Positions 35,236 through 52,214 of a stretch of 64,000 nucleotides of DNA are shown in pieces (positions within the stretch are counted from its first letter, which is position 1; the number at the start of each line of letters is the position of its first letter). The notes beneath the pieces are model-generated. The model was not told where the DNA came from. It ran no database searches and worked only from the letters and a program-made list of their open reading frames with translations. The position numbers and the translations under genes were made by a program. This DNA comes from Eledone cirrhosa (lineage: Eukaryota): the NCBI GenBank assembly GCA_964016885.1, contig OZ024741.1, positions 149,916,001-149,980,000 on the forward strand, written 5' to 3'.

Positions 35236-35726
35236 ATAGTCATAGAAATGTGAAGATTTACACGATTTATTCTATTATGTAATTCGCCGTAATACATATT
35301 TCTGTTGCGTTATCAATTACCTAATGCTATCACCACGCAATCACCGACACGACTTCTTCAGACATATACAATGTAATATATTTCTAATGCAGTACAGGCT
35401 ATTCTATTCGAAGTTTCTCTTTCAAAAGCCTGTTCCTATACGTAATATCTGACTCTGTATCTAAGGAATTAACTCAGCAGAAAACGGAACTTTTCTATGG
35501 ATTTCACTGGATTACTCGCCTTCAGATTACATTGAGTTCTATCTACGGTACAGACCCTACCACCAAGGGTAGACCACACTGAAAAAAAAAATATATATGT
35601 ATATAAAAGGTAAATATTGTTTGAATATATATAAAAAAAACATTAGGTGTATCTTTAAATCTTTATTTTCCCTATATAACGTGACTTGTACATAAATGTT
35701 GAATCTCCTAACGTTTTGATTCTTTC

Positions 35727-35761
<35 letters not shown>

Positions 35762-35814
35762 GCATACATATATATACACATACATATATACATGTATATA
35801 TATACATATATACA

Positions 35815-35894
<80 letters not shown>

Positions 35895-36239
35895 TAAATG
35901 CATACATATATATATACACATACATATACGTATATATACATATATATATATATATATATACATTACAAATATAAATACACACACACACATATATATACAA
36001 ATACATATATATACGTATAAATGCATACATACACATTTATGCACTTTTCATCTTTTATTTGTTTATATCGATTATTTGTTTAGCTCATTATGTGTTTGTT
36101 AATATTTATTCAATAATATTTTTTTATTCATCACCATCGTCATTATTATCAACATGATTGTTAGTTTTTTTAAAGAAATTGTTGTTGTTGTTGTTGTTGT
36201 TGCTGTTGCTGCTGTTGTTGTTGTTGTTGTTGTTGGTCT

Positions 36240-37400
36240 TCTTCTTCTCCTCCTGCTCAATCCACCCTACTGTGTTTGTGGCTGTTACCCGATATAGATG
36301 TTGTGACCAGTATAAGAATGTTTCCTATTGTACCACAGCCCCTGGTCTAGGATGAGGAGCTTTGTTGTCCCTTCTATTAATGCCCTGCCACACTGTCCTT
36401 CATAACGGTCGATAATTTGTATGGAGGGTCTTTCTGGGTAATTCTTATTGATCCAATTAAACAGTTGTTTTGCACTATACCCAAGTTCAAGTCCATTGTC
36501 GATGCTTCCCAAGACAATTGGTAATATCAAAACCTTGTCAACTTCAAGTTAGTGTAATGTTGATTTTCCTTAAAAACATCGTCAGCAGAAAAAAATAAAT
36601 CTCTGGTACCAAATGGACGTGCTATGTCAATTACCAGGTACACTTGCTTCTTAACAACTACAAATACAGCTTGCTGTGTTGTATTTTCCTTTCAGTTGTA
36701 TCGAAAAGTCCCATATAGTCTGACGTCCTTGTTTTCTAGAACAGCGGTCGCCAACCGGTGGTCCGAGAGAAAATCTTGGTGGTCCGCTGAAAAATTTGGA
36801 CATTATTTGCAATTTTTATGTTTTATTAATAATAAAACAAAAATAATATTTGGTTAAAATATATTTTATAACACCCCTGAAAATGTTTTTCCTCAGTAAA
36901 GAACTAACATCCATGAAAGAATTTTACAGATATGTATCATCTATTGACAATATGACAATATGACACACATATGCTTCAGTATTGTTTAATAAAATGGAAG
37001 TTCTCTGATTATAATTTTACAAATGTATTTATCTTAAAAAAAAAAAAAAAAATCATATTAGAGGTCCGCGGGATTTAAAATTATGAATTTAGTGGTCCGT
37101 GAGGTCCGAAAGGTTGGCGACCGCTGATCTAGAACATACATTTCTGTTCCCACAAAATGGGCAAAGATTTTTATGTGTATGCCAAACTAAATCTGTTGTA
37201 AAACTTCCAGGGAATTATTACAGCTGTTTTTGTGTGTCTACACTTGTCATACCCATTTTGTGCTGACGCTGAACTTTGTGAAACTATGTGAGACATAGTC
37301 TTATCTGTTTTGTCATATATTCTACAATTGGCTGAATAATGTTGCATTTCTATCATTCTCTTGATCCAATTTACTCCTAGATCCGGTTCTGATAAAATCA
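36240..37400 (-). mobile_element. Decayed RLE-type (R4/Dong/NeSL-like) non-LTR remnant
   Basis: Minus-strand CRIYDK..TMSHIVSQSSASAQNGY.KCRH resembles the CCHC plus RH motif; downstream VIDIARP and PIVLG resemble the RLE domain; split by a MITE. Confidence 0.55.
36742..37126. mobile_element. hAT-Charlie-type MITE
   Basis: 15-bp TIRs CAGCGGTCGCCAACC / GGTTGGCGACCGCTG; 8-bp TSD TTCTAGAA / ATCTAGAA matching the NTCTAGAN target. Confidence 0.88.
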
Positions 37401-37550
37401 ATCCCTAGTACTTTATCAATCTCGAAATAATGAATGGCAAAGTTGATCTCGACAGAATTTGAACTCAGAACACAGAGAGCCAGAACAAATACTCCAATGC
37501 ATTTGATTCAATAGATTACCGAGTGTGTCGCCTAATGTGTTGTTTTTGTA

Positions 37551-37743
37551 ATATAATTGTTTCTTCTTTTGGCACAAGGCCAGCAATTATCCCAGTGCAT
37601 TACTGGTACTTTATTTTATCGACCCCGTAAGGATGAAAGGCAAAGTAAACCTCGACAGGATTTGAATCCAGACCATAAAGGGCTGTAACTCTATGCTGTA
37701 AAGCATGGTGTCCGACCCTCTACCTATACTGCCATCCACCGCC
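37551..37743 (-). mobile_element. Deu/Nin-type tRNA SINE
   Basis: Reverse complement of the 692-882 family. Confidence 0.85.
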
Positions 37744-37902
37744 TTAATGTTGCAATATATTATTTTATATTTGTGCTGTTCTTGTAGCAAGTCTAGAAAT
37801 AACAATTGTTTCTACTGGTGGCAAAAGGTCAGCAATAGGAAGAGAAAGAAAAAGTCGATTAAATCGACTCAAGCGCTTTACTGGTACATTATTTTATCGA
37901 CC

Positions 37903-38090
37903 GGTAGATTGGCAGTATCGGTAGAGGGTCGGACGCCATGCTTTGCAGCATAGAGTTACGGCCCTTTATGATCTGAGTTCAAATCCCGCCGAGGTTAACT
38001 TTGCCTTTCATCCTTACGCGGTCGATAAAATAAAGTACCAGTAATGCACTGGGGTAATTGGTGGCCTTGTGCCAAAAGTATAAACAATTA
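37903..38090 (+). mobile_element. Deu/Nin-type tRNA SINE nested in an older minus-strand SINE (~37800-38175)
   Basis: Family match; ATTTTATCGACC occurs on both sides (37891 and 38090) as a probable TSD. Confidence 0.8.
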
Positions 38091-39348
38091 TTTTATCGAC
38101 CTCGTAAGTATGAAAGGCAAAGTTAACTTCGACAAGATTTGAACTCAGAACGCAAAGAGCTGTAACTAAACGCCGCAAAATCATTTTGTTTGACGTTTTA
38201 TAATAATATAAATAGCAACGAGCAATACAGAACAATAACAACAACAACAACAACAAAGGAAAACAGAACAAGAAAACAGCCTCGAAATGGGCGTGGTTGA
38301 GTGGTAGTGATTCAACCAGAAATGGTGATTTAAGCCACCCCTACATACAACACCCGGTTTACCCGGAACAATAAATTATAATTTCACCAAATATTTATTT
38401 ATTTTAACTTCAAGAATAGTTCGTTAACTGGGAATTTTGGTACAAAAAATAAACAGGCATAGTCGCCATGTTGGATACATCAGGTGATGGATTACACACT
38501 GACATATAGATATAAATACGTATATATACACTTACATACAAATACATACATACATACAATTATATAAATACACATATACACACATATACACATATACAAA
38601 CATACATGTACATACACTTGTATTGACATACATATACACCCACACACATAAATATACACATATATGTACTCACATACACACACACGCATACGCACACTCA
38701 CACACAGAGAAATACTCATATATACATATACAAGCCCACACAGACACACACAGACACACACAGACACACACAGACACACACACATACACACACACATACA
38801 CACACACACATATATATATATATATATTGAAACATAAGCACATACACAAGCATACACAAAGAAGAAATGCACAAACTGATGCACAGACACACACAGGCAT
38901 ACTGATGCACAAACACAGATGCACATTCAGAAATACACACATGCAAACATACACACATGTATATACATACACACACACACACACATTCACATATATATAA
39001 ACAATCAGAAATACAAATATATATACAAATATTGATATACGCACATACAAATATAGACACATATGTAGTAAGAGACATATATAAATATATATAGTAAGAG
39101 CACATGCGTATGCATGTGACAATGTGCATGTATGTTTAAATGCTTCAATTTATGCACATATATATATACATTTTATAGCAGTTGTGTGTGTATGTGCGTA
39201 TCGTGTATATGTGTATATCTGTGAGTATGAGTGTGTATGTGTGTATGTATGTATGTGTATTTAAGTGAGAACATTTTATAATGTGACTTTTAAATACATG
39301 TATGACATATAACATATGACATATAACGACTATCTCACTGAAGACATT

Positions 39349-42300
39349 ATCACCACCACCACCACCACCACCACCACCACCACCACCACCAGCACCATCA
39401 CCACCACCACTATCACCACCACCACCAGCACCACCAACATCACCACCACCACCACCAGCACCACCACCAACACCACCAGCACCATCACCACCACCACCAC
39501 CACTATCACCACCACCAGCACCACCACCAGCACCACCACTATCACCACCACTAGCACTACCACCAGCACCAGCACCACCACTAGCACCACCACCAGCACT
39601 ACCACCACCACTAGCACCAGCACCACCACCAGCAACACCACCAGCACCACCAGCATCATCACCGCCAGCACCAGCACCACCAGAACCACCACCAGCAACA
39701 CCACCAGCACCACCACTATCACCACCACTAGCACCACCACCAGCACCACCACCAGCACCACCACTATCACCACCACTAGCACCACCACTAGCACCACCAC
39801 CAGCACCACCACCAGCACCACCACTATCACCACCACTAGCACCACCAGCAGCACCACCACCAGCACCACCACTAGCACCACCACTAGCACCACCACTAGC
39901 ACCACCACTATCACCACCACCAGCACCACCACTAGCACCACCACTAGCACCACCACTAGCACCACCACCAGCACCACCACTAGCACCACCACCAGCACCA
40001 CCACTAGCACCACCACCAGCACCAGCACCACCACTAGCACCACCACCAGCACCACCACTAGCACCACCACCAGCACCACCACTAGCACCACCACTAGCAC
40101 CACCACTAGCACCACCACCAGCACCACCACTATCACCACCAGCACCACCACCACTAGCACCACCACCAGCACCACCACCAGCACCACCACTAGCACCACC
40201 ACTAGCACCACCACTATCACCACCAGCACCACCACCACTAGCACCACCACCAGCACCACCACTAGCACCACCACTAGCACCACCACCAGCACCACCACCA
40301 CTAGCACCACCACCAGCACCACCACCAGCACCACCACTAGCACCACCACTAGCACCACCACTAGCACCACCACCAGCACCACCACTAGCACCACCACTAG
40401 CACCACCACTAGCACCACCACTAGCACCACCACCAGCACCACCACTATCACCACCAGCACCACCACCACTAGCACCACCACCAGCACCACCACCAGCACC
40501 ACCACTATCACCACCACTAGCACCACCACTAGCACCACCACTAGCACCACCACCAGCACCACCACTATCACCACCAGCACCACCACCACTAGCACCACCA
40601 CTAGCACCACCACCAGCACCACCACTATCACCACCACTAGCACCACCACTAGCACCACCACTAGCACCACCACCAGCACCACCACTATCACCACCAGCAC
40701 CACCACCACTAGCACCACCACCAGCACCACCACCAGCACCACCACTATCACCACCACTAGCACCACCACTAGCACCACCACCAGCACCACCACTATCACC
40801 ACCACTAGCACCACCAGCAGCACCACCACCAGCACCACCACTAGCACCACCACTAGCACCACCACTATCACCACCACTATCACCACCAGCAGCACCACCA
40901 CCAGCACCACCACTAGCACCACCACTAGCACCACCACTAGCACCACCACTAGCACCACCAGCAGCACCACCACCAGCACCACCACTAGCACCACCACTAG
41001 CACCACCACTAGCACCACCACTATCACCACCACCAGCACCACCACTAGCACCACCACTAGCACCACCACTAGCACCACCACCAGCACCACCACTAGCACC
41101 ACCACCAGCACCACCACTAGCACCACCACCAGCACCAGCACCACCACTAGCACCACCACTAGCACCACCACTAGCACCACCACCAGCACCACCACTAGCA
41201 CCACCACCAGCACCACCACTAGCACCACCACTATCACCACCACCAGCACCACCAGCAGCACCACCACCAGCACCACCACTAGCACCACCACTAGCACCAC
41301 CACTAGCACCACCACTATCACCACCACTAGCACCACCACCAGCACCACCACTAGCACCAACACCAGCACCACCAGCAGCACCACCACCAGCACCACCACT
41401 AGCACCACCACTAGCACCACCACTAGCACCACCACTAGCACCACCACTAGCACCACCACTAGCACCACCACTAGCACCACCACCAGCACCACCACTAGCA
41501 CCACCACCAGCACCACCACTAGCACCACCACCAGCACCAGCACCACCACTAGCACCACCACCAGCACCACCACTAGCACCACCACTAGCACCAGCACTAG
41601 CACCACCACCAGCACCACCACTATCACCACCTGCACCACCACCACTAGCACCACCACCAGCACCACCACCAGCACCACCACTAGCACAATCACTAGCACC
41701 ACCATTAGCACCACCACTATCACCACCACCAGCACCACCACTAGCACCACCACTAGCACCACCACCAGCACCACCACTAGCACCACCACTATCACCACCA
41801 GCACCACCACCACTAGCACCACCACCAGCACCACCACCAGCACCACCACTAGCACCACCACTAGCACCACCACTAGCACCACCACTATCACCACCACCAG
41901 CACCACCACTAGCACCACCACTAGCACCACCACTAGCACCACCACCAGCACCACCACTAGCACCACCACTATCACCACCACCAGCACCACCACTAGCACC
42001 ACCACTAGCACCACCACTATCACCACCACCAGCACCACCATTAGCACCACCACTATCACCACCACCAGCACCACCACTATCACCACCACCAGCACCACCA
42101 CTAGCACCACCACCAGCACCACCACTAGCACCACCACTAGCACCACCACTATCACCACCACCAGCACCACCACTAGCACCACCACCAGCACCACCACTAG
42201 CACCACCACTATCACCACCACCAGCACCACCACTAGCACCACCACTAGCACCACCACTATCACCACCACCAGCACCACCACTATCACCACCACTAGCACC

Positions 42301-45300
42301 ACCACTAGCACCACCACTATCACCACCACCAGCACCACCAGCAGCACCACCACTAGCACCACCACTAGCACCACCACTAGCACCACCACCAGCACCACCA
42401 CTAGCACCACCACTATCACCACCACCAGCACCACCACTAGCACCACCACTAGCACCACCACTATCACCACCACCAGCACCACCACTAGCACCACCACTAG
42501 CACCACCACTATCACCACCACCAGCACCACCACTATCACCACCACTAGCACCACCACTAGCACCACCACTATCACCACCACCAGCACCACCACCAGCACC
42601 ACCACTAGCACCACCACTAGCACCACCACTATCACCACCACCAGCACCACCAGCAGCACCACCACCAGCACCACCACTAGCACCACCACTATCACAACCA
42701 GCACCACCACCACTAGCACCACCACCAGCACCACCACTAGCACCACCACTATCACCACCAGCACCACCACCACTAGCACCACCACCAGCACCACCACTAG
42801 CACCACCACCAGCACCACCATTATCACCACCACCAGCACCACCACTAGCACCACCACTAGCACCACCACTAGCACCACCACCAGCACCACCACTAGCACC
42901 ACCACTAGCACCACTACTAGCACCACCACTATCACCACCACTATCACCACCACTATCACCACCACTAGCACCACCACTAGCACCACCAGCAGCACCACCA
43001 CCAGCACCACCACTAGCACCACCACTAGCACCACCACTATCACCACCACCAGCACCACCACTAGCACCACCACTAGCACCACCACTAGCACCACCACTAG
43101 CACCACCACTATCACCACCACTAGCACCACCACTATCACCACCACCAGCACCACCACTAGCACCACCACTAGCACCACCACTAGCACCACCACTAGCACC
43201 ACCACTAGCACCACCACTAGCACCACCACTAGCACCACCACCAGCACCACCACTAGCACCACCACTAGCACCACCACTATCACCACCACTATCACCACCA
43301 CTAGCACCACCACTATCACCACCAGCACCACCACCACTAGCACCACCACTAGCACCACCACCAGCACCACCACTAGCACCACCACTAGCACCACCACTAG
43401 CACCACCACTATCACCACCACCAGCACCACCACTAGCACCACCACTAGCACCACCACTAGCACCACCACTAGCACCACCACTAGCACCACCACTAGCACC
43501 ACCACTATCACCACCACCACCACCACCACTAGCACCACCACTAGCACCACCACTAGCACCACCACTATCACCACCACTAGCACCACCACTAGCACCACCA
43601 CTAGCACCACCACTATCACCACCACCACCACCACCACTAGCACCACCACTATCACCACCACTATCACCACCACTATCACCACCACTAGCACCACCACTAG
43701 CACCACCACTAGCACCACCACTATCACCACCACCAGCACCACCACTAGCACCACCACCACTAGCACCACCACTAGCACCACCACTAGCACCACCACTAGC
43801 ACCACCACTATCACCACCACCACCACCACCACTAGCACCACCACTATCACCACCACTATCACCACCACTATCACCACCACTAGCACCACCACTAGCACCA
43901 CCACTAGCACCACCACCAGCACCACCACTAGCACCACCACTAGCACCACCACTATCACCACCACTATCACCACCACTATCACCACCACTATCACCACCAC
44001 TATCACCACCACCACCACCACCACTAGCACCACCACTATCACCACCACTAGCACCACCACTATCACCACCACTATCACCACCACCACCACCACCACTAGC
44101 ACCACCACTATCACCACCACTAGCAACACCACTAGCACCACCACTAGCACCACCACCACCACTAGCACCACCACTAGCACCACCACCAGCACCACCACTA
44201 GCACCACCACTAGCACCACCACTATCACCACCACCAGCACCACCACTAGCACCACCACCAGCACCACCACTAGCACCACCACTAGCACCACCACTATCAC
44301 CACCACCAGCACCACCACCAGCACCACCACTAGCACCACCACTATCACCACCACTAGCACCACCACTAGCACCACCACCAGCACCACCACTAGCACCACC
44401 ACTAGCACCACCACTATCACCACCACCAGCACCACCACCAGCACCACCACTAGCACCACCACTATCACCACCACCAGCACCACCACTAGCACCACCACTA
44501 GCACCACCACTAGCACCACCACTAGCACCACCACTATCACCACCACTATCACCACCACCAGCACCACCACTAGCACCACCACCAGCACCACCACTAGCAC
44601 CACCACTAGCACCACCACTAGCACCACCACTAGCACCACCACTAGCACCACCACTACCACCACCACTAGCACCACCACTAGCACCACCACTAGCACCACC
44701 ACTAGCACCACCACTAGCACCACCACTATCACCACCACTATCACCACCACTAGCACCACCACTAGCACCACCACTATCACCACCACTATCACCACCACTA
44801 GCACCACCACCAGCACCACCACTATCACCACCACTAGCACCACCACCAGCACCACCACTAGCACCACCACTATCACCACCACTATCACCACCACCAGCAC
44901 CACCACTAGCACCACCACTAGCACCACCACTAGCACCACCACTAGCACCACCACTAGCACCACCACTATCACCACCACTATCACCACCACTAGCACCACC
45001 ACTAGCACCACCACTAGCACCACCACTATCACCACCACCAGCACCACCACCAGCACCACCACTAGCACCACCACTAGCACCACCACTATCACCACCACTA
45101 TCACCACCACTAGCACCACCACTAGCACCACCACTAGCACCACCACCAGCACCACCACTAGCACCACCACTAGCACCACCACTAGCACCACCACCAGCAC
45201 CACCACCAGCACCACCACTATCACCACCACTATCACCACCACTATCACCACCACTATCACCACCACTAGCACCACCACTATCACCACCACCAGCACCACC

Positions 45301-48300
45301 ACTATCACCACCACCAGCACCACCACCAGCACCACCACTAGCACCACCACTAGCACCACCACTAGCACCACCACTATCACCACCACCAGCACCACCACCA
45401 GCACCACCACTAGCACCACCACTAGCACCACCAGCAGCACCACCACCAGCACCACCACTAGCACCACCACTATCACCACCACTAGCACCACCACTAGCAC
45501 CACCACTAGCACCACCACTATCACCACCACCAGCACCACCACCAGCACCACCACTAGCACCACCACTAGCACCACCACTATCACCACCACTATCACCACC
45601 ACCAGCGCCACCACTAGCACCACCACTATCACCACCACTAGCACCACCACTATCACCACCACTAGCACCACCACCAGCACCACCACTATCACCACCACCA
45701 GCACCACCACCAGCACCACGACTAGCACCACCACTAGCACCACCACAAGCACCACCACTAGCACCACCACTATCACCACCGCTATCACCACCACCAGCAC
45801 CACCACTAGCACCACCACTAGCACCACCACTATCACCACCACTAGCACCACCACTAGCACCAGCACTAGCACCACCACTATCACCACCACCAGCACCACC
45901 ACCAGCACCACCACTATCACCACCACTATCACCACCACCAGCACCACCACTAGCACCACCACTAGCACCACCACTAGCACCACCACTATCACCACCACCA
46001 GCACCACCACCAGCACCACCACTATCACCACCACTATCACCACCACCAGCACCACCACTAGCACCACCACTAGCACCACCACTAGCACCACCACTAGCAC
46101 CACCACCAGCACCACCACTAGCACCACCACTAGCACCACCACTAGCACCACCACTATCACCACCACCAGCACCACCACCAGCACCACCACTAGCACCACC
46201 ACTAGCACCACCACAACACCACCACTAGCACCACCACTATCACCACCGCTATCACCACCACTAGCACCACCACCAGCACCACCACTAGCACCACCACTAG
46301 CACCACCACTAGCACCACCACTATCACCACCACCAGCACCACCACCAGCACCACCACTATCACCACCACTATCACCACCACCAGCACCACCACTAGCACC
46401 ACCACTAGCACCACCACTAGCACCACCACTAGCACCACCACCAGCACCACCAATAGCACCACCACTATCACCACCACCAGCACCACCACTAGCACCACCA
46501 CTATCACCACCGCTATCACCACCACTAGCACCACCACCAGCACCACCACTAGCACCACCACCAGCACCACCACTATCACCACCACTATCACCACCACCAG
46601 CACCACCACTAGCACCACCACTAGCACCACCACTAGCACCACCACTAGCACCACCACCAGCACCACCACTATCACCACCACTATCACCACCACCAGCACC
46701 ACCACTAGCACCACCACTAGCACCACCACTAGCACCACCACTAGCACCACCACCAGCACCACCACTATCACCACCGCTATCACCACCACTAGCACCACCA
46801 CTAGCACCACCACTAGCACCACCACTAGCACCACCACTAGCACCACCACTAGCACCACCACTATCACCACCACCAGCACCACCACCAGCACCACCACTAG
46901 CACCACCACTAGCACCACCACAAGCACCACCACTAGCACCACCACTATCACCACCGCTATCACCACCACTAGCACCACCACCAGCACCACCACTAGCACC
47001 ACCACTAGCACCACCACTAGCACCACCACTATCACCACCACCAGCACCACCACCAGCACCACCACTATCACCACCACTATCACCACCACCAGCACCACCA
47101 CTAGCACCACCACCAGCACCACCACTAGCACCACCACTAGCACCACCACTATCACCACCACTATCACCACCACTATCACCACCACTATCACCACCACTAG
47201 CACCACCACCAGCACCACCACTAGCACCACCACTATCACCACCACTAGCACCACCACTAGCACCACCACTATCACCACCACTATCACCACCACTATCACC
47301 ACCACTATCACCACCACTAGCACCACCACCAGCACCACCACTAGCACCATCACTAGCACCACCACTATCACCACCACCAGCACCACCACTAGCACCACCA
47401 CTAGCACCACCACTAGCACAATCACTAGCACCACCACCAGCACCACCACCAGCACCACCACCAGCACCACCACTAGCACCACCACTAGCACCACCACCAC
47501 TAGCACCACCACTAGCACCACCACTAGCACCACCACTATCACCACCACTAGCACCACCACTAGCACCACCACTAGCACCACCACCAGCACCACCACTAGC
47601 ACCACCACTAGCACCACCACTAGCACCACCACCAGCACCACCACTATCACCACCACTAGCACCACCACTATCACCACCACCAGCACCACCACTAGCACCA
47701 CCACTAGCACCACCACCAGCACCACCACTAGCACCACCACTAGCACCACCACCAGCACCACCACCAGCACCACCACTATCACCACCACTAGCACCACCAC
47801 CACTAGCACCACCACCAGCACCACCACCAGCACCACCACTAGCACAATCACTAGCACCACCATTAGCACCACCACTATCACCACCACCAGCACCACCACT
47901 AGCACCACCACTATCACCACCACTAGCACCACCACTAGCACCACCACTAGCACCACCACTATCACCACCACCAGCACCACCACCAGCACCACCACTATCA
48001 CCACCACTAGCACCACCACCACTAGCACCACCACCAGCACCACCACCAGCACCACCACTAGCACAATCACTAGCACCACCATTAGCACCACCACTATCAC
48101 CACCACCAGCACCACCACTAGCACCACCACTATCACCACCACTAGCACCACCACTATCACCACCACTAGCACCACCACTATCACCACCACTATCACCACC
48201 ACTAGCACCACCACTAGCACCACCACTAGCACCACCACCAGCACCACCACTAGCACCACCACTGGCACCACCACTAGCACAATCACTAGCACCACCACTA

Positions 48301-50665
48301 GCACCACTAGCACCACACTAGCACCACCACTAGCACCACCACTAGCACCACCACTAGCACCACCACTAGCACCACCACCAGCACCACCACTAGCACCACC
48401 ACCAGCACCACCACTAGCACCAGCACTAGCACCACCACTAGCACCACCACCAGCACCACCACTAGCACCACCACCAGCACCACCACCAGCACCACCACTA
48501 TCACCACCACTAGCACCACCACCACTAGCACCACCACCAGCACCACCACCAGCACCACCACTAGCTCCACCACTAGCACCACCACTAGCACAATCACTAG
48601 CACCACCACTAGCACCACCACTAGCACCACCACTATCACCACCACTATCACCACCACTAGCACCACCATTAGCACCACCACTAGCACCACCACTATCACC
48701 ACCACTAGCACCACCACTAGCACCACCACTATCACCACCACTATCACCACCACTATCACCACCACTATCACCACCACTATCACCACCACTAGCACCACCA
48801 CTAGCACCACCACTAGCACCACCACCAGCACCACCACCAGCACCACCACTATCACCACCACTATCACCACCACTATCACCACCACTAGCACCACCACTAG
48901 CACCACCACTAGCACCACCACTAGCACCACCACTATCACCACCACCAGCACCACCACTATCACCACCACTATCACCACCACTATCACCACCACTAGCACC
49001 ACCACTAGCACCACCACAAGCACCACCACAAGCACCACCACTAGCACCACCACTAGCACCACCACTAGCACCACCACTATCACCACCACTATCACCACCA
49101 CTAGCACCACCACTATCACCACCACTAGCACCACCACTAGCACCACCACTATTACCACTACTAGCACCACCACTATCACCACCACTATCACCACCACTAT
49201 CACCACCACTAGCACCACCACTAGCACCACCACTACCACCACCACTATCACCACCACTATCACCACCACCAGCACCACCACTAGCACCACCACTAGCACC
49301 ACCACCAGCACCACCACCAGCACCACCACTATCACCACCACCAGCACCACCACTATCACCACCACCAGCACAATCACTAGCACCACCACTAGCACCACCA
49401 CTAGCACCACTACTAGCACCACCACTAGCACAATCACTAGCACCACCACTAGCACCACCACTAGCACCACTACTAGCACCACCACTAGCACAATCACTAG
49501 CACCACCACTAGCACCACCACTAGCACCACTACTAGCACCACCACTAGCACCACCACTAGCACCACCACCAGCACCACCACCAGCACCACCACTATCACC
49601 ACCACCAGCACCACCACTATCACCACCACCAGCACCACCACTAGCACCACCACCAGCACCACCACCAGCACCACCACTAGCACCACCACTAGCACCACCA
49701 CTAGCACCACCACCAGCACCACCACCAGCACCACCACTATCACCACCACCAGCACCACCACTATCACCACCACCAGCACCACCACTAGCACCACCACCAG
49801 CACCACCACCAGCACCACCACCAGCACCACCACTAGCACCACCACCAGCACCACCACCAGCACCACCACTATCACCACCACCAGCACCACCACTATCACC
49901 ACCACTAGCACCACCACTAGCACCACCACCACTAGCACCACCACTAGCACCACCACTAGCACCACCACTAGCACCACCACTATCACCACCACTAGCACCA
50001 CCACCACTAGCACCACCACTAGCACCACCACTAGCACCACCACTAGCACAATCACTAGCACCACCACTAGCACAATCACTAGCACCACCACTAGCACCAC
50101 CACTAGCACCACCACTATCACCACCACTAGCACCACCACTAGCACCACCACTAGCACCACCACTAGCACCACCACTAGCACCACCACTAGCACCACCACC
50201 AGCACCACCACCAGCACCACCACTATCACCACCACCAGCACCACCACTATCACCACCACCAGCACCACCACTAGCACCACCACCAGCACCACCACCGGCA
50301 CCACCACTAACACCACCACTATCACCACCACTATCACCACCACTAGCACCACCACTAGCACCACCACTAGCACCACCACCAGCACCACCACTATCACCAC
50401 CACTAGCACCACCACTAGCACCACCACTAGCACCACTACTAGCACCACCACTAGCAGCACCACTATCACCACCACTAGCACCACTACTAGCACCACCACT
50501 AGCACCACCACTAGCACCACCAATAGCACCACCACTAGCACCACCACTATCACCACCACTAGCACCACCACCAGCACCACCACCAGCACCACTACCACCA
50601 CCAGCACCACCAACACCAGCACCACCACCACCAGCACCACCACTAGCACCACCACCACCACCAAC
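39349..50665. repeat. ~11.3-kb satellite of a 12-bp unit ACCACCAC(T/C)A(G/T)C
   Basis: Units ACCACCACTAGC, ACCACCACCAGC and ACCACCACTATC; ends decay into (ACC)n. Confidence 0.97.
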
Positions 50666-51372
50666 AAGTGTTATAAGTAATTTTATGTAGAATTCTGAAA
50701 CGGGGCTTTATTACGGTAATGAGGTGAAGAGGTTGAGGAGAGGGGAACTAATTGAAGGGCGGGGGGGGGGGGGGGTAAGAGGAGGAAAATAGATGATAGG
50801 AGATGATAGAAGAAAAAGTATTGAAGAAACAGAAAAAAGAAGCTGTAGAAGATGACGATAAGAATATATATTAGGAAGAAGAAATGATGAAGGAAAAGAT
50901 GAAGAAGGTGACGATAAAGAAGAGTATGGAGGAGGAAATGAAGATGAAGAAAATGATGATGATGATGATGAAGAAGAAGAAGAAGAAGACTAAGAAGAAG
51001 AAGTCTAAGAAGAAGAAAAAGAAGAAGAAGAAGAAAAAGAAAAGAAAAAGAAGACGAAGAAGAAGATAAAGAAGAAGAAGAAGAGTAAAGAGGGAGGAAG
51101 TAGAATGGAGGGGGGGGATGAGTGTATGGCTGGTTAAAAAGGGGTGAATGGTGACAATGGCACATGATCCGACTTCGTTTCTAAGGAAATCTCTAATTTT
51201 AACCGATTGTTAAATTACGGTAAATTTTTGGATTTAATGTAAAAGAAATAGATAAATAAATGTCAAGGACAACAACAGCAACCATTGGGGAAGAACTTCT
51301 CCAAAACCACACAATTTAGCAAACATTCTATTATAAGGAAGAATATATGAACTTTAGATTTAACAGTGGCTA

Positions 51373-51455
<83 letters not shown>

Positions 51456-51581
51456 TGTATGTGTGTGCGTGTATGTATGCTGTATGTATGCTTATTTATA
51501 TATATAAAAGCCATTACAATAAATGGGGGAGAAGAGATAAACACGTACGCCACATAAGTTTATATATATATATATATATAT

Positions 51582-52214
51582 ATAATAAAGAATTAGAAAT
51601 AGAAGCCAGGACTATCCATCATCAGTGGTCTACTAGCCTTCATAGGTATTTCTTCGCATTACAGACCATATACCTCCGGCTAGGGCGATACAATAACTAA
51701 ATTAAGTTATTGGGATAAAAAGAGTTGGGTGGAGAAAGAGAGACAGGTAAATAAACACGAATGGTGAGGCAACATAAAGAGAGGAAAAAAATGAGAAAAT
51801 CAAGTCAATGATTCATTTTGCACATAAGAACTTGTGAATATTGACGAGAAGGCAAAAGACACATCTTGGCCATGCGGATGTGAGCGAGGAAAGAATCTCA
51901 TACGGTGTGGGACGATGGAGGAAGTCAGAAAGAGGGTGAGTAGAAGAGGGTGAGTGAGTGAAAGTGTGAGGAAGAGGCTAGTCGAGAGAGGGTGACTAGC
52001 AGAGGAGGTGAGTGAAAGTAAGAGGGAGAAGGAGAGAGAAGGGGGAGAGAGAAAGAGGATAGCAGTAAGGGAAGAGAAAAAGACAGGTCACAGCGAAGGG
52101 GAAAGCATATATGAATGAAAAATGGCGAGCTGTGTTGTTGCAAATATGATACATAATAAAGAATTAGAAATAGAAGCCAGGACAATCCATCATTAGTGGT
52201 CTACTAGCCATCAT

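Noticed and set aside
32895-39129. Many YI/CV/HT-repeat ORFs
   Set aside because: Translations of (TA)n and (CA)n microsatellites.
39316-48321. 3001-aa Thr/Ser/Pro mucin-like ORF and antisense poly-Val ORFs
   Set aside because: The repeat unit lacks stops in these frames; the ORF switches from Thr-rich to Pro-rich at a phase break; no signal peptide or flanking domains.
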